The notes: generated by a model not told the origin, from the sequence alone. 64,000 nt of DNA from Candidatus Marinacidobacterales bacterium (GCA_965237955.1 OZ250169.1:6560001-6624000); one strand, 5' to 3'; positions 39,413 through 50,424 are shown, counted from the first letter of the stretch. Program-made: numbers and translations.

Positions 39413-41074
39413 CTAACGCGCTAGCTGGTACTCGATGCGAACGCGTTCGCCAGGCCGGCCGGTCACTCGGACGACGATCGAGCGGCCGTCGCTCGACACT
39501 GCCGTTCCGGAGACGAGCCGCAAGCTTCCAAGAACGAAGTGCGCACTCTGAGAGAAATCGAAGCGCCACATGGCGGGCTCGTCGAGCGATGCCATGAGTA
39601 CACCTTCGACGGTGTTGCGCCCGAGTGTTCCGCGATACCGGTGCATCGAGGGGGCGCCCGACGACACGGGTTGCGTCCGTCCACCGGTCAAAATAACTTG
39701 GGCAGCCGCCCGATCCGAAGCCATGAGGTGCGTCGTCAGCGAAGTCTCCACCGTCGGGACGGTCGTCGTTTCGAGCCTAAGGCCGCGGAAGATGTTCACC
39801 TGTTTCGTGACCGTTTTCGTGGCGCCGTCCGGGCCGACGACAGTGAGGCGAGTCGTCATGATGCCTTCTCTTCGAAAGCATTCATCCGTATCCCATTGGT
39901 GCCGGACGATCTTGCCGCTCTTGCGGATGACACCGAGTCCCAGTTCCCCGCCAAGATCCAACTCCCAACGGTAGTTGGTGATGTCACCCAAGGAGGTCAA
40001 CGCGTTGAACTCCCCGTGGCAGGAGCCGGGCTCGACGACGTTGTAGGCCTCGAAATCGGCGACCAGATCCTGTCGCACCCGCACGGTCCGCGTGATCGTG
40101 TCTTCGTCCGGTCGCCGAGCTCCGATGAAAGTTGTCGCGGCATGTGCCACGGTGAGCGTCAACTTATAAGTGCCCGGGGTCAAGTACACGACGGTAATGA
40201 ACGCCTGACCTTCTTTGACCCGACCGTCCCCCAAGTCATAGCGGTACGTGAGCCCGTCTCCTCCCTCGGAGCAACGTCCGTCGATCTTGAGCAGCTCGTT
40301 CACGTCGACGATGGCATCGATCGGCTCGAACCGCACGCACGCCTTGACTTCCTGCGCGGGCGGGCTCGGCGGGGCCACGGTCACCGTCGGCGGCGGAGGC
40401 GGCGCCGGCGGAGGCGGCGCTACCGTGATCGCCGCCGGTTGGGAAGTGGTGGAATCGGAGCTTCCGCCGGCAACGAGCACTCCGACACCAGCTGCCCCGC
40501 CCCCTGCGGCCACGCCCGCGATCACGGCGGCCGACGAGCCACCCGACGAGCCCGCCGCGGTGATGGAACCGGTCGCTGACATGAACGCGCCGACTCCTAA
40601 GTTCTTGAATCCAGGTGCGAGCTCGGGACCGGCGGCGGTCGAGCCGAGGAGGATCTGCGGGTCCTCGCCGGGAAAATACGCTGCTGCCGGGTGTCTTCGT
40701 CGACACTCGGTATGGCTCGTCACTTCGGCAACGCGCTCCGGCGTCCGCGCCGACGTGAAATCCCTGGTGACGGCTTCGACGTAGTAGTGCACCCGCGGGC
40801 AGCTTTCCTCCGCTTGCGGTGCGACGGCGGTAAAAGCGCCGCCGTCAATTTTCAGGTCGACGAAATAGTAGTCCTGTTACAGGCTGCATCGGAAGTACAA
40901 ACGGGAGTTGACGATCTCCTCGCTGGGATCCACGAGTGCCGTGAGCATCGGAAACTCCGAGTGGTACCAGCACTCGATGGCCGGATCGAGGTTGATCTCC
41001 GGTATCGGCTGGGCTAGAGCCCCCGCCGGAATCAAAGCCAATAGCAAAAACGTCTGTACCGACGCGCGTTGCAT
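39413..41074 (-). pseudogene. Secreted PKD-domain protein with in-frame TAA at 40877-40879
   Basis: Signal peptide, Cys-containing N-terminal domain, Pro-rich linker, PKD-like YRYDLGDG..YLTPGTYKLTLTV; both ORF parts are in the same frame. Confidence 0.8.
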
Positions 41075-41199
41075 CACCGCCTACCCCCGCTGCACTAATA
41101 AATCCGTAATGCCAAATTTCCCTCTTGGCGTTCTCCAATCCTGGAGAGGTTACTTCCTGTGTGGGGCAGCCTAGGGATATCGCGTTTGGCGGGCGCGTG

Positions 41200-42897
41200 T
41201 CAACCCGGAGGGGCCGGCGGGGGCGGCTCGCTTCGCGGCAACAGACGGTGCAACACGTAGCGGTAGAATCCTGCACTCTCTTCCATGAGGACTTGTGTTT
41301 GATAGCGGCCGAGAACGTCGGCGCAAAATTGGTTCTGGACCTCGTCCTCGACGTTGCACCAGAAGTTATAGTGAAAGTAGACACCGCCGGGAAACCGATC
41401 GAAGAAGTGATCGACGCGGGCGGGTTGGTGCGAGACGAGCGACGCTTGGGCCGCGCTCTGCCCCATCACCTGAATCATCCCCGGGTTGTGGGTCAGCAGA
41501 ATGGAATCTTCGGGAAGTTGCTCCACCATGGCTCGTGCGGCGTCGTGATCGGCGCGTGCTTGCCACCCCTCCATCCCGACAGCCTTCACCAGCGGCAGGT
41601 AGTGCGTGAACGCGTACACGGCGAGACCATAGGGTACAACGCGCAACCACCGAGAGCGACCGAACCGGCGCGCGAGCCAATCGGACACCATTCCCAATCC
41701 GGCACCGGCGAGAATCGCGAGCGGCGCAGCGCTCAATGCGGCGAAACGGACGTCGGCACCGTAGCGGTAGCTACCGGCGTAAAACGGAACAAAGATGCCG
41801 AACAGGAGCGCAAACCAAACGAACGAGACAGCTACTTGTCGTTTGCGGCGTGGGTAGAAAAGACCGAGGAGTGCTGCCAGCGTGAAAAAAGCGGGAAAAT
41901 CGCGTCCCTCGACGTAGTACCTCGCGCTCGGCTTCCAGTTTTGCTTTGCGTGCTTCGTCGAGAACTTCGCTTCGGTACTTCCCCACTTCTCGTGGCGTAC
42001 CGCCCGAAGATGCGCGAAGTGTGGCGTAAGGAGCAGGAAGAGAAGGAGCGCGCAGCCGTACGCGACCCGACGCCGCAACAGGCCGGGCGCCAACAAGAGC
42101 ATCGCGATGGCCGCAACGGCCAAAACGAGTCCCGACTCGGGTCGAAACTGACTCGCAAACGCGAGCGCGGTCGCCCCGAAAATCCCCGCAGCCCACGATG
42201 GCTTCTTGCAGAAGTAGATCCAAGCTCCGATCCCGACAGCACCGAACGCCGCCGCCCCCGGCTCTACCGCGACGGTGGCGCCCCAGAGCAAGCTCTGCGG
42301 CGTCAAGATGTACACGAGCGCGGCGCCGAGTGCGACGCTGGTCTTCTCGAAGAGCACACCGGCGATCCAATAGACCGCTATCGCACCCAGAGCGAACACC
42401 CAGTGATTGAGTCGATGGGCAGCGGCCTCGTCGACCCCGCTCACGCGGAATACCGTCGACAACAAAAAGGGAAACGCGTTCGGCTCTTTGTTGTATTCCC
42501 ACGCCTCGCACGTGAACAATCCGGCCTGGATCATGCCCTCGTTGCACATCTGCGAGCGGCCTTCCCACAGGATGTTCTGGGCGACGTTTTGGTAAATGTC
42601 CTCATCGAAATAGATGCGGTGCGTGCGCGGCGGAAGGAAGCTCACGGTCACGAGCGCAACGACGAACACAACTAGAGGAACGAAACGCCGAGGTGGCAAC
42701 AACTCGCGAATCCCTCGAAAGTTCACAGCAAAGCCGGCCACCATCAACAAAAACGTCCATTCGAGAGAGCGTGGCATGATGAACCGAAGATCATCCTTTA
42801 GCGAAATCGAGTCTCCGGTCGCGAGCCAATAGACGAGCCCGCCCACACCGACAGCCCCGACAGAGATAGCACCGAGCGTGAACGTGAAATGTTTCAT
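41200..42897 (-). CDS. GT-C (ArnT/PMT-like) multi-pass glycosyltransferase
   Basis: IYFDEDIY acidic loop, many TM helices, QFRPE motif. Confidence 0.75.
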   Translation of the reverse strand: MKHFTFTLGAISVGAVGVGGLVYWLATGDSISLKDDLRFIMPRSLEWTFLLMVAGFAVNFRGIRELLPPRRFVPLVVFVVALVTVSFLPPRTHRIYFDEDIYQNVAQNILWEGRSQMCNEGMIQAGLFTCEAWEYNKEPNAFPFLLSTVFRVSGVDEAAAHRLNHWVFALGAIAVYWIAGVLFEKTSVALGAALVYILTPQSLLWGATVAVEPGAAAFGAVGIGAWIYFCKKPSWAAGIFGATALAFASQFRPESGLVLAVAAIAMLLLAPGLLRRRVAYGCALLLFLLLTPHFAHLRAVRHEKWGSTEAKFSTKHAKQNWKPSARYYVEGRDFPAFFTLAALLGLFYPRRKRQVAVSFVWFALLFGIFVPFYAGSYRYGADVRFAALSAAPLAILAGAGLGMVSDWLARRFGRSRWLRVVPYGLAVYAFTHYLPLVKAVGMEGWQARADHDAARAMVEQLPEDSILLTHNPGMIQVMGQSAAQASLVSHQPARVDHFFDRFPGGVYFHYNFWCNVEDEVQNQFCADVLGRYQTQVLMEESAGFYRYVLHRLLPRSEPPPPAPPG

Positions 42898-44579
42898 GAC
42901 TTCGGCGGCTCCACGAGGAAATCACCGATGATGAGCGCATCGGCGCCGCACCGTGTAAACGTCGAGAGCGCATCATCCGGCGACGCCACCATCGGCTCGC
43001 CGTGTAGGTTGAAGCTCGTGTTCAACACCGCACCGACGCCGACGCTCTCGCGCAGCGTCTTCAGGAGCTCGTAGTACTTCCCATAGCTCCTGTCGACCAT
43101 TTGCGGTCGGCAGGTGCCGTCGCTCCCGGTAACTCCGGAGAGAACCTCCCGTGCCTCGGGCCGCACGCGATAGGCCATCGTCATGAAGCGATTCGGCATG
43201 TCCCCGTTCTCCAACAGGCGCTCGGCTTCCTCGTCGAGCATGGAAGGGCAAAACGGCTGATACCAGACGCGTCGTTTCAGAGTCGAGTTCAAACGATCGC
43301 GCAGCTCGGGACGGTCGGGCCGCGCCAAGATACTACGCCCGCCGAGCGCACGGGGGCCATACTCCATGCGTCCTTGAAACCACAAGACGATCTCGCCTCG
43401 AGCCAATCGAGACGCGGCTTCGGTGACAACACACTCGGGCTTGCGGCGGCTGAGTCCCGACGCGTCTAACGAACGCTCCACCGACTTCGCCGACACTTCC
43501 GGTCCGAGGCGAAGATCACCTAGTGAGAACGAGGCCCGAGCCCCCCTATTAACCGCGCGTGCGAGCGCGGCCCCGAGCGCTAAGCCGCCGTCTCCCATAT
43601 GCGGGAACACGAAGAGCTCGTCGACGTCCGGAAGCTCCATCAGCTTCAAGTTCGCTTGGATATTGCTCGCGACGCCCCCGGCGTACACGACACGTGTCAT
43701 GCCGGTCTCACGAAGCGCACCGGCCACGAGCTCGGTGACTTTCGTCTCGACAACGCGTTGTGCCATCCACGCGAACTGCTCCGTCGGCACCATCGCGAGC
43801 TCTCGTGCGAGAAAGCGTTTCAGCCGCATGGGTCCGAATCGACACCGTAGCGTCGAGCCGTCGACATCGAACAAGTCCATCAAAGGATTCTTATCCGGAT
43901 CGGTAGGATGGCCGTAGGCAGCGAGGGCCATGACTTTGCCCTCGTCTTCCAACTCACGCATGTTCATGAGCTGAGTGACATGCTCGTAGAAGATGCCTAG
44001 TGAGTGACGCGCGGGAATGTAGCTCTTGGGCGATAGCTTCCCGTCGCGAAGAACCGACAAGCTTCCCGACAATCCGTCACCGACACCGTCGAGGGTGACG
44101 ACGAGTGCATCCGAGTAGCCCGACGTATACGCAGCCGAGGCGGCATGCGCGAGGTGGTGCGGTACCCATCGCAGCTTCGCTGCACCCAAACCAACGCGAG
44201 AGAGCCCCTTCCCGAGCGCGTGTGCGCTCAGCGCGCGCGACACCGCGTTGGGCCGCCACGTCGTCAGGTTGTACTTGAACGCACGCTTGAGGGGATCGAG
44301 CGCTTTTGGCCGGACCTTGCGGCGACGGAGAAGGTAGTACTTCTCTTTCATGCTCGGGAATAGCCGCGTCAGCGTCTTGGCGGGATCGGTCGTCGTCGCC
44401 GCGACCTCGCTCACGTCGCTCGAGAGCTCCAAGCAAGTCTCGATCGCCCGTGTCGGGAACCCAACCTCAAGCTTACGCCGCGTGAGCCGCTCTTCGTTCA
44501 CCGCACAAAGAATGCGCCCCGCCTCGGGATCGACCAAACAAGCACCCGCATCGTGTCCATCCCAAATCCCAAGAATCAT
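42894..44579 (-). CDS. Carbamoyltransferase (NodU/CmcH/TobZ family)
   Basis: ILGI..GHDAGA, EERLTRRK, HHLAHAASA, DGVGD, EGKVMALA, EYGPRALGGRSIL, LNTSFN.HGEP. Confidence 0.95.
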   Translation of the reverse strand: MILGIWDGHDAGACLVDPEAGRILCAVNEERLTRRKLEVGFPTRAIETCLELSSDVSEVAATTTDPAKTLTRLFPSMKEKYYLLRRRKVRPKALDPLKRAFKYNLTTWRPNAVSRALSAHALGKGLSRVGLGAAKLRWVPHHLAHAASAAYTSGYSDALVVTLDGVGDGLSGSLSVLRDGKLSPKSYIPARHSLGIFYEHVTQLMNMRELEDEGKVMALAAYGHPTDPDKNPLMDLFDVDGSTLRCRFGPMRLKRFLARELAMVPTEQFAWMAQRVVETKVTELVAGALRETGMTRVVYAGGVASNIQANLKLMELPDVDELFVFPHMGDGGLALGAALARAVNRGARASFSLGDLRLGPEVSAKSVERSLDASGLSRRKPECVVTEAASRLARGEIVLWFQGRMEYGPRALGGRSILARPDRPELRDRLNSTLKRRVWYQPFCPSMLDEEAERLLENGDMPNRFMTMAYRVRPEAREVLSGVTGSDGTCRPQMVDRSYGKYYELLKTLRESVGVGAVLNTSFNLHGEPMVASPDDALSTFTRCGADALIIGDFLVEPPKS

Positions 44580-44611
44580 CGCGATACTGGATGCTGGATG
44601 CTGAATGCTGA

Positions 44612-46023
44612 CTAAGCGTGCGTCCAGCCGAGGAAGCGCTTGAGCGCTGAGCCGACGTGCCGGAGGTTTCTTGGCGAGAGCATCGACAAAGCTCCGAAAG
44701 CAACCGAAGGCCGCGAATAAAAACGACGGTAGGCCCTTTGCCGGTAGGCCATGACCTCTTCCGGTGTGAGACCGGGAAGCTCGAGGAGCGCTTCGTCTTG
44801 CCGGAACCGGTCGAACGCGGCGTCTTTGAGCCATCCCTTCTCTCTCGCCTCGGTGTACAACCTCGAGCCTGGAAAAGGAACCGCGCAATAGAACTGCTCG
44901 AAGTCGAGCGGCAAGCGCTCGGCGAGAGCGAGCGTCTTGTCCAGACTTTCTTTCGTCTCCCCGGGAATGCCCAGGACGAAGTGTCCGGCGACTTTGATTC
45001 CGGCCTCTTTGGCAATGCGCACCGCCCGCTCGGCGTCCTCGACGGTTGCCCCTTTGCCGGCTCTATCGAGCGTCGCCTGATCGCCACTTTCGATCCCGAA
45101 CGAGATCATCCAGCAGCCGGCTCGTTTCATCGCCGCCGCGAGCTCGGGATCGATCGTATCGACCCGGCTATTCGATGCCCACGCCACTCCGAGCGGCTCG
45201 ATAGCATCGCAAAGATCGATCACGTAGCGCTTGTCGATGGTAAAGGTGTCGGACCAGAAGAACAGCTCGCGCACGCCGTGTACTTCGATGTTTCTTCGAA
45301 TCTCGTCACGGACGCGCTCGACCGACCGGCGCCTGAGCTTGGCGCCGTAGTACGTCTGCGCGGTGCAATAGCTGCACGGATAGGGGCAGCCGCGATGAGG
45401 CGTCACCATCAAGAACCGGCTGCCTTTGAGGGGCAAACGGTAAACGTCGAGGTCGAACAGATGCCATGCGGGATCGGGAAGCGCGTCGAGTCCGTCAAGA
45501 AACGGTCGGTCCGCCGTCCGCTCGAGCTCGTCTCCGCTTCGATAGCTGAGCCCAGCCACGGCGCTCCACGAGGATCCGTCGTCGAGTCGGGCCACCCATT
45601 CCGACGCGGTCGCTTCAGGCTCGTTGCGAAAAATAGCGTCGAGGCCCGGCGTTTGCTCGAGACAAGACGTGTCGAGTGTGGTCACGTGCGTACCGAAGAC
45701 CGCGGTGCGCGTCGACGGCGCTACCGCGCGGATCTCGTTGGCAGCGACAAATCCGACGCGATCGACGGGGTCCCGGTGCTCCAAATGACGGCGTCCGGCG
45801 GGTCGCTTTCGATGTCACCCAGGAGCTTGTCCCGCGGGTAGCCGAGCGCTGAGCCATCGAGCGCCTTCACATCGTGACCGTCACGCTCGAGAATCGCTCC
45901 TATTGTCGCGAGAGAGATGGGCGGCCACAGCGTCGTCCACACGCCGCCTTCCTGAGTGCAGCGGCCCTCGCGAATGAACCCTTTGCCTTCTCGCGTCGGC
46001 GGATTCAGAAGTAAGACTTTCAA
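44612..46023 (-). CDS. B12-binding radical SAM protein (HpnJ-like), frameshift at ~45741
   Basis: MKVLLLNPP..FIREGRC..WPPISLA; RGCPYPCSYC; FWSDTF; FGIESG; GHFVLGIPGET. Confidence 0.9.
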
Positions 46024-46044
46024 TCGAGTGGCTCCCCTTGAAGT

Positions 46045-46719
46045 CTAGAGCATCAACCGCGCAAGAGAAAGCACGTAGCCCGGGCCGTCTCGCCACACCG
46101 AGATATGCGAGCTTCCCGCTTTGCGCGCGTGCTCGTGCGTGGGCACCTCGGCAAGTGTCTTGCCCGCTCTGAGGGTCGCCACGATCATCTCTTGCTCGAT
46201 CGTCGTGTGGCGCGAACGAAGCTTCAGGGATTTCAACAAGTCGGTTCGGATCGCACGGAAGCCGTTTTGGCTATCCGAAAGCCGGACGCCGTAACGCCAA
46301 TTGATACATGCGGTGATGAACGAGCTCCCCGCGAGCCGCGCCCACTCATCGAAGCCGCCGTGCAACTCGCTCGAGCCACCGAGAAGCCGCGAACCGGAAA
46401 CGTGATCCGCCCGCCCTTCGAGAATCGGTGCGGCCAGCTTCGGGATATCGTCGGGATCGTGTGAGCAGTCGGCGTCCATGAGCACACACACCTCGCTTTC
46501 GAGATGCTGGATGGCATTGCGAATCGCGCGGCCCTTACCTCCACCGGTATCCGTGACAACGCGTGCGCCCGCTGCGGCAGCTCGCTCGGCAGTGCCGTCT
46601 CTCGACGCGCCATCGGTCACGAGCACATCGCCGACGTGCACGAGAGCCCCTTCCACGACTTCAGCGATCGTCGGCGCTTCGTTTTTGGCCGGGATAAGAA
46701 CCGAGAGCCGGTCGGAGAT
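46045..46719 (-). CDS. GT2-family (polyprenyl-phosphate sugar synthase-like) glycosyltransferase
   Basis: LSVLIPAKNEA, DGASRDGT, GKGRAIR, MDADCSH, VSGSR, DSQNGFRAIR; start probably ATC 46719. Confidence 0.9.
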   Translation of the reverse strand: MSDRLSVLIPAKNEAPTIAEVVEGALVHVGDVLVTDGASRDGTAERAAAAGARVVTDTGGGKGRAIRNAIQHLESEVCVLMDADCSHDPDDIPKLAAPILEGRADHVSGSRLLGGSSELHGGFDEWARLAGSSFITACINWRYGVRLSDSQNGFRAIRTDLLKSLKLRSRHTTIEQEMIVATLRAGKTLAEVPTHEHARKAGSSHISVWRDGPGYVLSLARLML

Positions 46720-46722
46720 GGG

Positions 46723-47223
46723 CTACCTCTTCTTGGTAGGAACGAACTGGTTGACGCTATCGCGTTCGAAGTCTTTGATTTTGTCGCCCTGTTTGGCAGA
46801 CGTCGCGTTCACGACGAGATTTGCGATGCGCTCAGGATCTTCATCGATGACCGGGTAAGAGCACGACGCGGTCTTGCGCAGCGAGATCTCATAGGGCCGG
46901 GTGCGGGTAATCTAAAACTCGTTGTCGACCGCCCACACATAGTAGTCGATCGCGTTCACGCCGCCTTTGGCCACCGGCAAGGTCGCACAGAACTGAATCC
47001 CATCGAACGCCATTTTGCTCCAGTAATAAGCGTCTTGCCGATCGGAGCGAAAGTAGACGCGTACGCGCTTGATCTCCCCGTCGTCGAGGACGTAAGCGCA
47101 GATACGCGGGTTTTTCTCAGGAACGGAGCACTCGACCGGCTGATGGTCGAGGATGGGCTCATCGGCAAGAGCGTAAGCTCCGAACGCCACGAGAGCGGCG
47201 CCGAAAAGAACTCTTATTGCCAT
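46723..47223 (-). pseudogene. Secreted Cys-containing protein with in-frame TAG at 46912-46914
   Basis: Signal peptide MAIRVLFGAALVAFGAYALA; ...YYVWAVDNEF*ITRTRPYEI...; paralogous to the N-domain of 39413-41074. Confidence 0.7.
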
Positions 47224-49200
47224 TGGATTGTTTTGAGCAGCTTTGCGTCGCCGATGAGGGTGACGACGGCTTGAATGCTTCCCTCGTTCTGTTCCTCGCT
47301 CCACGTTCCCGGCACTTCCCAAATCAAGCTCGTGTCGCGCGGGTTGATGCGCTGCACCATGGGTTGGAGCTGTTGGCCTTTGCCGGTGGTTTTGGGGCCG
47401 AAGGTCGAGATGAGCTCGATGGATTTTATGCCGATCGGGCGGTTGCTCGGGTTGTGGATACGAACCCGCAAGTAATAAGGATCTCCCGTCTGGACAGTTG
47501 CCGGGTAGATCTGAACGATGAGCTCGGCGGGATTGTCGGGCGCGCTGGTGGCACGATTCACTTGGACGCCGCCTCCGGCCTCGAACCCTTTCGGCGCGTC
47601 GCTCTCACCGGGCCCCACGAATTGCGTCTTCGTCTCTCGAATCACGAGCGCGGCGACCCTCACCGTCGCGGCCGCTTGCTGCATCGCGTTTTGCGCGGTG
47701 TTCCTCGCGGTGATGAGCTGCGCGTTGTTCGGGTCGATCTCGAGTGCCTTGTCGAAGCTAGCGATGGCACCCTCGTAGTTCTGTGCTTTCAAGTGTGCGG
47801 TCGCCTCGGTTACGAACGCATCGATCCGTTGTTGCTGTACGGCCGCGATCGCCGCGTGTTGTGATTGATTGCGCGAGCGCTCGAGCTGGCGGTCGAGCTG
47901 ATGCCAGCGCGGGCTTGTCGGATCGAGCTGCCGCCCTTGTCGGATGAGCTGCGCGGCGCGAGAGAGATCGCCGGCATTGATCGCGAGAGACGCGTCGGCC
48001 GCAAGTGCTGTCGCTCTCTCCGAGCTCGAGGGGCCCCTATCGACGTTGGGCGTCGGCGTCGCCTGAACTTGTTGAACGGGGGTCGGCACCGGGGCAGCCT
48101 CGATTTCCTCGATGGCCTGGTTCACGCGCTCCTGGAGAGCGAGAGCTGCGGCGTTTTTTGGCTCGGCCAACAGAACAGTGTCGACGGCCTGCAACGCCTG
48201 TGAAAGCTGTCCCACCTCGAGCGATCTTTGGGCGAGTGCGAGCTGTCCGGCAAACGTCCGTCGTCGGCCTCGGTGGAGCACTCGCACCTGCCGTTCCCCC
48301 GTTCCCCGTGCTTTGTTGCGTGAACCAGAAGACACCGCCACCCACGGCGATGAGCAGAGCGATGACGGCAACATATTTACCCCATCCACTCGATTCCTGC
48401 ATCGGGATACCGACGCCGGCGCGCGTACCCGTCTCCGTACCGACTTGCGTTCCGCGCATCATGCGCGTGGGTTCGGAGACGGTGGTGCGACCGGTCGCGG
48501 TCCTCCCGGCGCGCGTCATTTGGCCCGTACGGCCCGCCCCGGTTGTCGGGTACGACGTCCCCGGGCGGTGCGTGCGCGATCCCGAGCTCGTCGCGCCGAG
48601 CACCCGTCCGGTGCTGCTGCTGCTCGTGCGGCGCCGGCCACTTCCATCGGAGCCCGTGCCCGAATCCATATCGGGTGTCGCGGCAGGATCGAACATGGTG
48701 TCGAAGACCGTGTCTTCGTTCAAAACCTCGTGATAGAGGTGGATGAGATCGGAAAGGTCATCCGCGAGATCGTCGGCCGAGGCGTAGCGTTCGTCCGCCG
48801 TCTTCGAGAGCGCCTTGTCGACGATGGCCTGGAGCTCGGGCATCTCATTGCCGTCGGGAAGCACGAGCTCGGGCGGCTCCTGATTGAGCACTTTGAAGAA
48901 CACCGCTTGGATGTTCTCGCCGGAGAACGGTTTCTTGTTCGTCAACAGGCGATAGAGGATGACGCCGGCACTGAAGATGTCCGAACGGCCGTCGACTTTC
49001 GCACTACGAATCTGCTCGGGCGACATGTAGTCGGCGGTTCCGAGAACCGTGCCCGTTTGCGTCTGTGACGACTGCTGGAGGTGGGCGACACCGAAGTCCA
49101 TGATCTTCGCTTCCCCGCCGTCGACGATGTAGATATTCGCAGGCTTGATGTCGCGGTGGACGACATCGTTTCTGTGGGCGTGTGCGAGTCCACGGCAAGT
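47214..49200 (-). pseudogene. Ser/Thr kinase with TM and TPR-containing extracytoplasmic region, 5'-truncated and frameshifted
   Basis: CRGLAHAH..VVHRDIKPANI..IMDFGVA..GTADYMSPEQ..RSDIFS; TM; TPR (AIASFDKALEIDPNN); N-lobe missing; indel ~48253. Confidence 0.85.
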
Positions 49201-49292
49201 TCAAACGGAGCGGGGTCGGTCACCTGGCCACCGGGGCCTTCAGGGCCTGAGGGCTCAACCATTTGGCACTGAACCACTTCTGCCGTATTCTT

Positions 49293-50375
49293 ATGGAACG
49301 TCCTATCGCCGAAGGTTTTTCCTCCTTGAGCCCTGAACGTTGTCTCCGTGTCGACAAGCTCGCAGTCGAGCTCCACGGAGAGCTAATAGGAGACGGTTCC
49401 GTCGAGCTCAGCGGAGTCTCGTCCCTCGCGGACGCTGGTCCGTCCGACATTACGTTTTTCTCCGATCTCCGATACCGGAAGATGCTCGAAAGCACGCGAG
49501 CGGGAGCGCTCATTACGAAGGAGCCCTTTTCCAGGCTCGATATTCCTCAGATTGTACACCCGGATCCCTTTCTTGCGTTCATGGAACTTGTCAACGTGTT
49601 TTTCCCCGAGCCGCAGGTGCAGCGGGGGATCCACCCGCTCGCCCACGTCTCCGATTCCGCCCGTCTCGAGGAAAACGTGGCTGTGTTGCCGTTTGCGTAT
49701 ATCGGCGATGAGGCTGTCGTCGGCGCCGGGACGGTAATCCACACCGGAGTCTATGTGGGGGCGAAGGCTGAGCTCGGCGAGCACTGCACGCTTTGGCCCC
49801 ATGCCATCGTGCGCGAAGGTTGCCGTCTCGGCCGACGCGTCACCCTCCATCCCGGGTGCGTTATCGGTGGGGACGGCTTCGGCTTCGCCCGGCGCGATGG
49901 CAAGTTCATCAAAGTGCGCCACGTCGGGACGGTCCATATCGAGGATGACGTCGAGATCGGCACGAACGCCACCATCGACCGCGCCACGTTCGGTAAAACC
50001 GTGATCCGCCGCGGGGTCAAGCTCGATAACCTCGTTCATGTCGCCCACAACGTCGAGATCGGCGAAGATTCAGCGATGGCAGCTCAAGCCGGTGTCTCTG
50101 GCAGCACTGTGATCGGCAAGCGCGTGCTGATGGGCGGCCAGGTGGGGATGGTCGATCACCTCACCATCGGCGACGACGCGGTTCTCATCGCTCAATCGGG
50201 TGTCATCGGTAATATCCCCGAGGGTGCGATGGTCTCGGGATATCCCGCAAGACCCCACAACGAAGTGTTGAAGTCGACGGCAGAGCTCCGCGGTCTGTCG
50301 CAGCTGCGCAAGAAAGTCCGCGAGCTGGAGGAGCAAGTCCGTGCCCTTAAAGAAAAGACTGAGGACGGTGAATAG
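49293..50375 (+). CDS. lpxD: UDP-3-O-acylglucosamine N-acyltransferase
   Basis: Hexapeptide repeats, IGGDGFGF, EIGTNATIDRA, KLDNLVHVAHNV, SGYPARP; start uncertain. Confidence 0.95.
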   Translation: MERPIAEGFSSLSPERCLRVDKLAVELHGELIGDGSVELSGVSSLADAGPSDITFFSDLRYRKMLESTRAGALITKEPFSRLDIPQIVHPDPFLAFMELVNVFFPEPQVQRGIHPLAHVSDSARLEENVAVLPFAYIGDEAVVGAGTVIHTGVYVGAKAELGEHCTLWPHAIVREGCRLGRRVTLHPGCVIGGDGFGFARRDGKFIKVRHVGTVHIEDDVEIGTNATIDRATFGKTVIRRGVKLDNLVHVAHNVEIGEDSAMAAQAGVSGSTVIGKRVLMGGQVGMVDHLTIGDDAVLIAQSGVIGNIPEGAMVSGYPARPHNEVLKSTAELRGLSQLRKKVRELEEQVRALKEKTEDGE

Positions 50376-50386
50376 GGCCCGCGATC

Positions 50387-50424
50387 GGTCATCTGCCATC
50401 GGCCATCAGCCATCGGCCATCAGC
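50387..50424. repeat. Heptamer tandem repeat (reverse orientation)
   Basis: gtcatct gccatcg gccatca gccatcg gccatca gc. Confidence 0.85.

Noticed and set aside
13608-46914. Stop-codon recoding (amber read-through or pyrrolysine), suggested by in-frame TAGs at 13608 and 46912
   Set aside because: TAG ends many intact genes here (GspE ATPase, rodA, STAS, larE). The residues expected at the two sites differ (Trp versus Gln/Glu), a third case is TAA, and no pyl genes or suppressor tRNA are visible.
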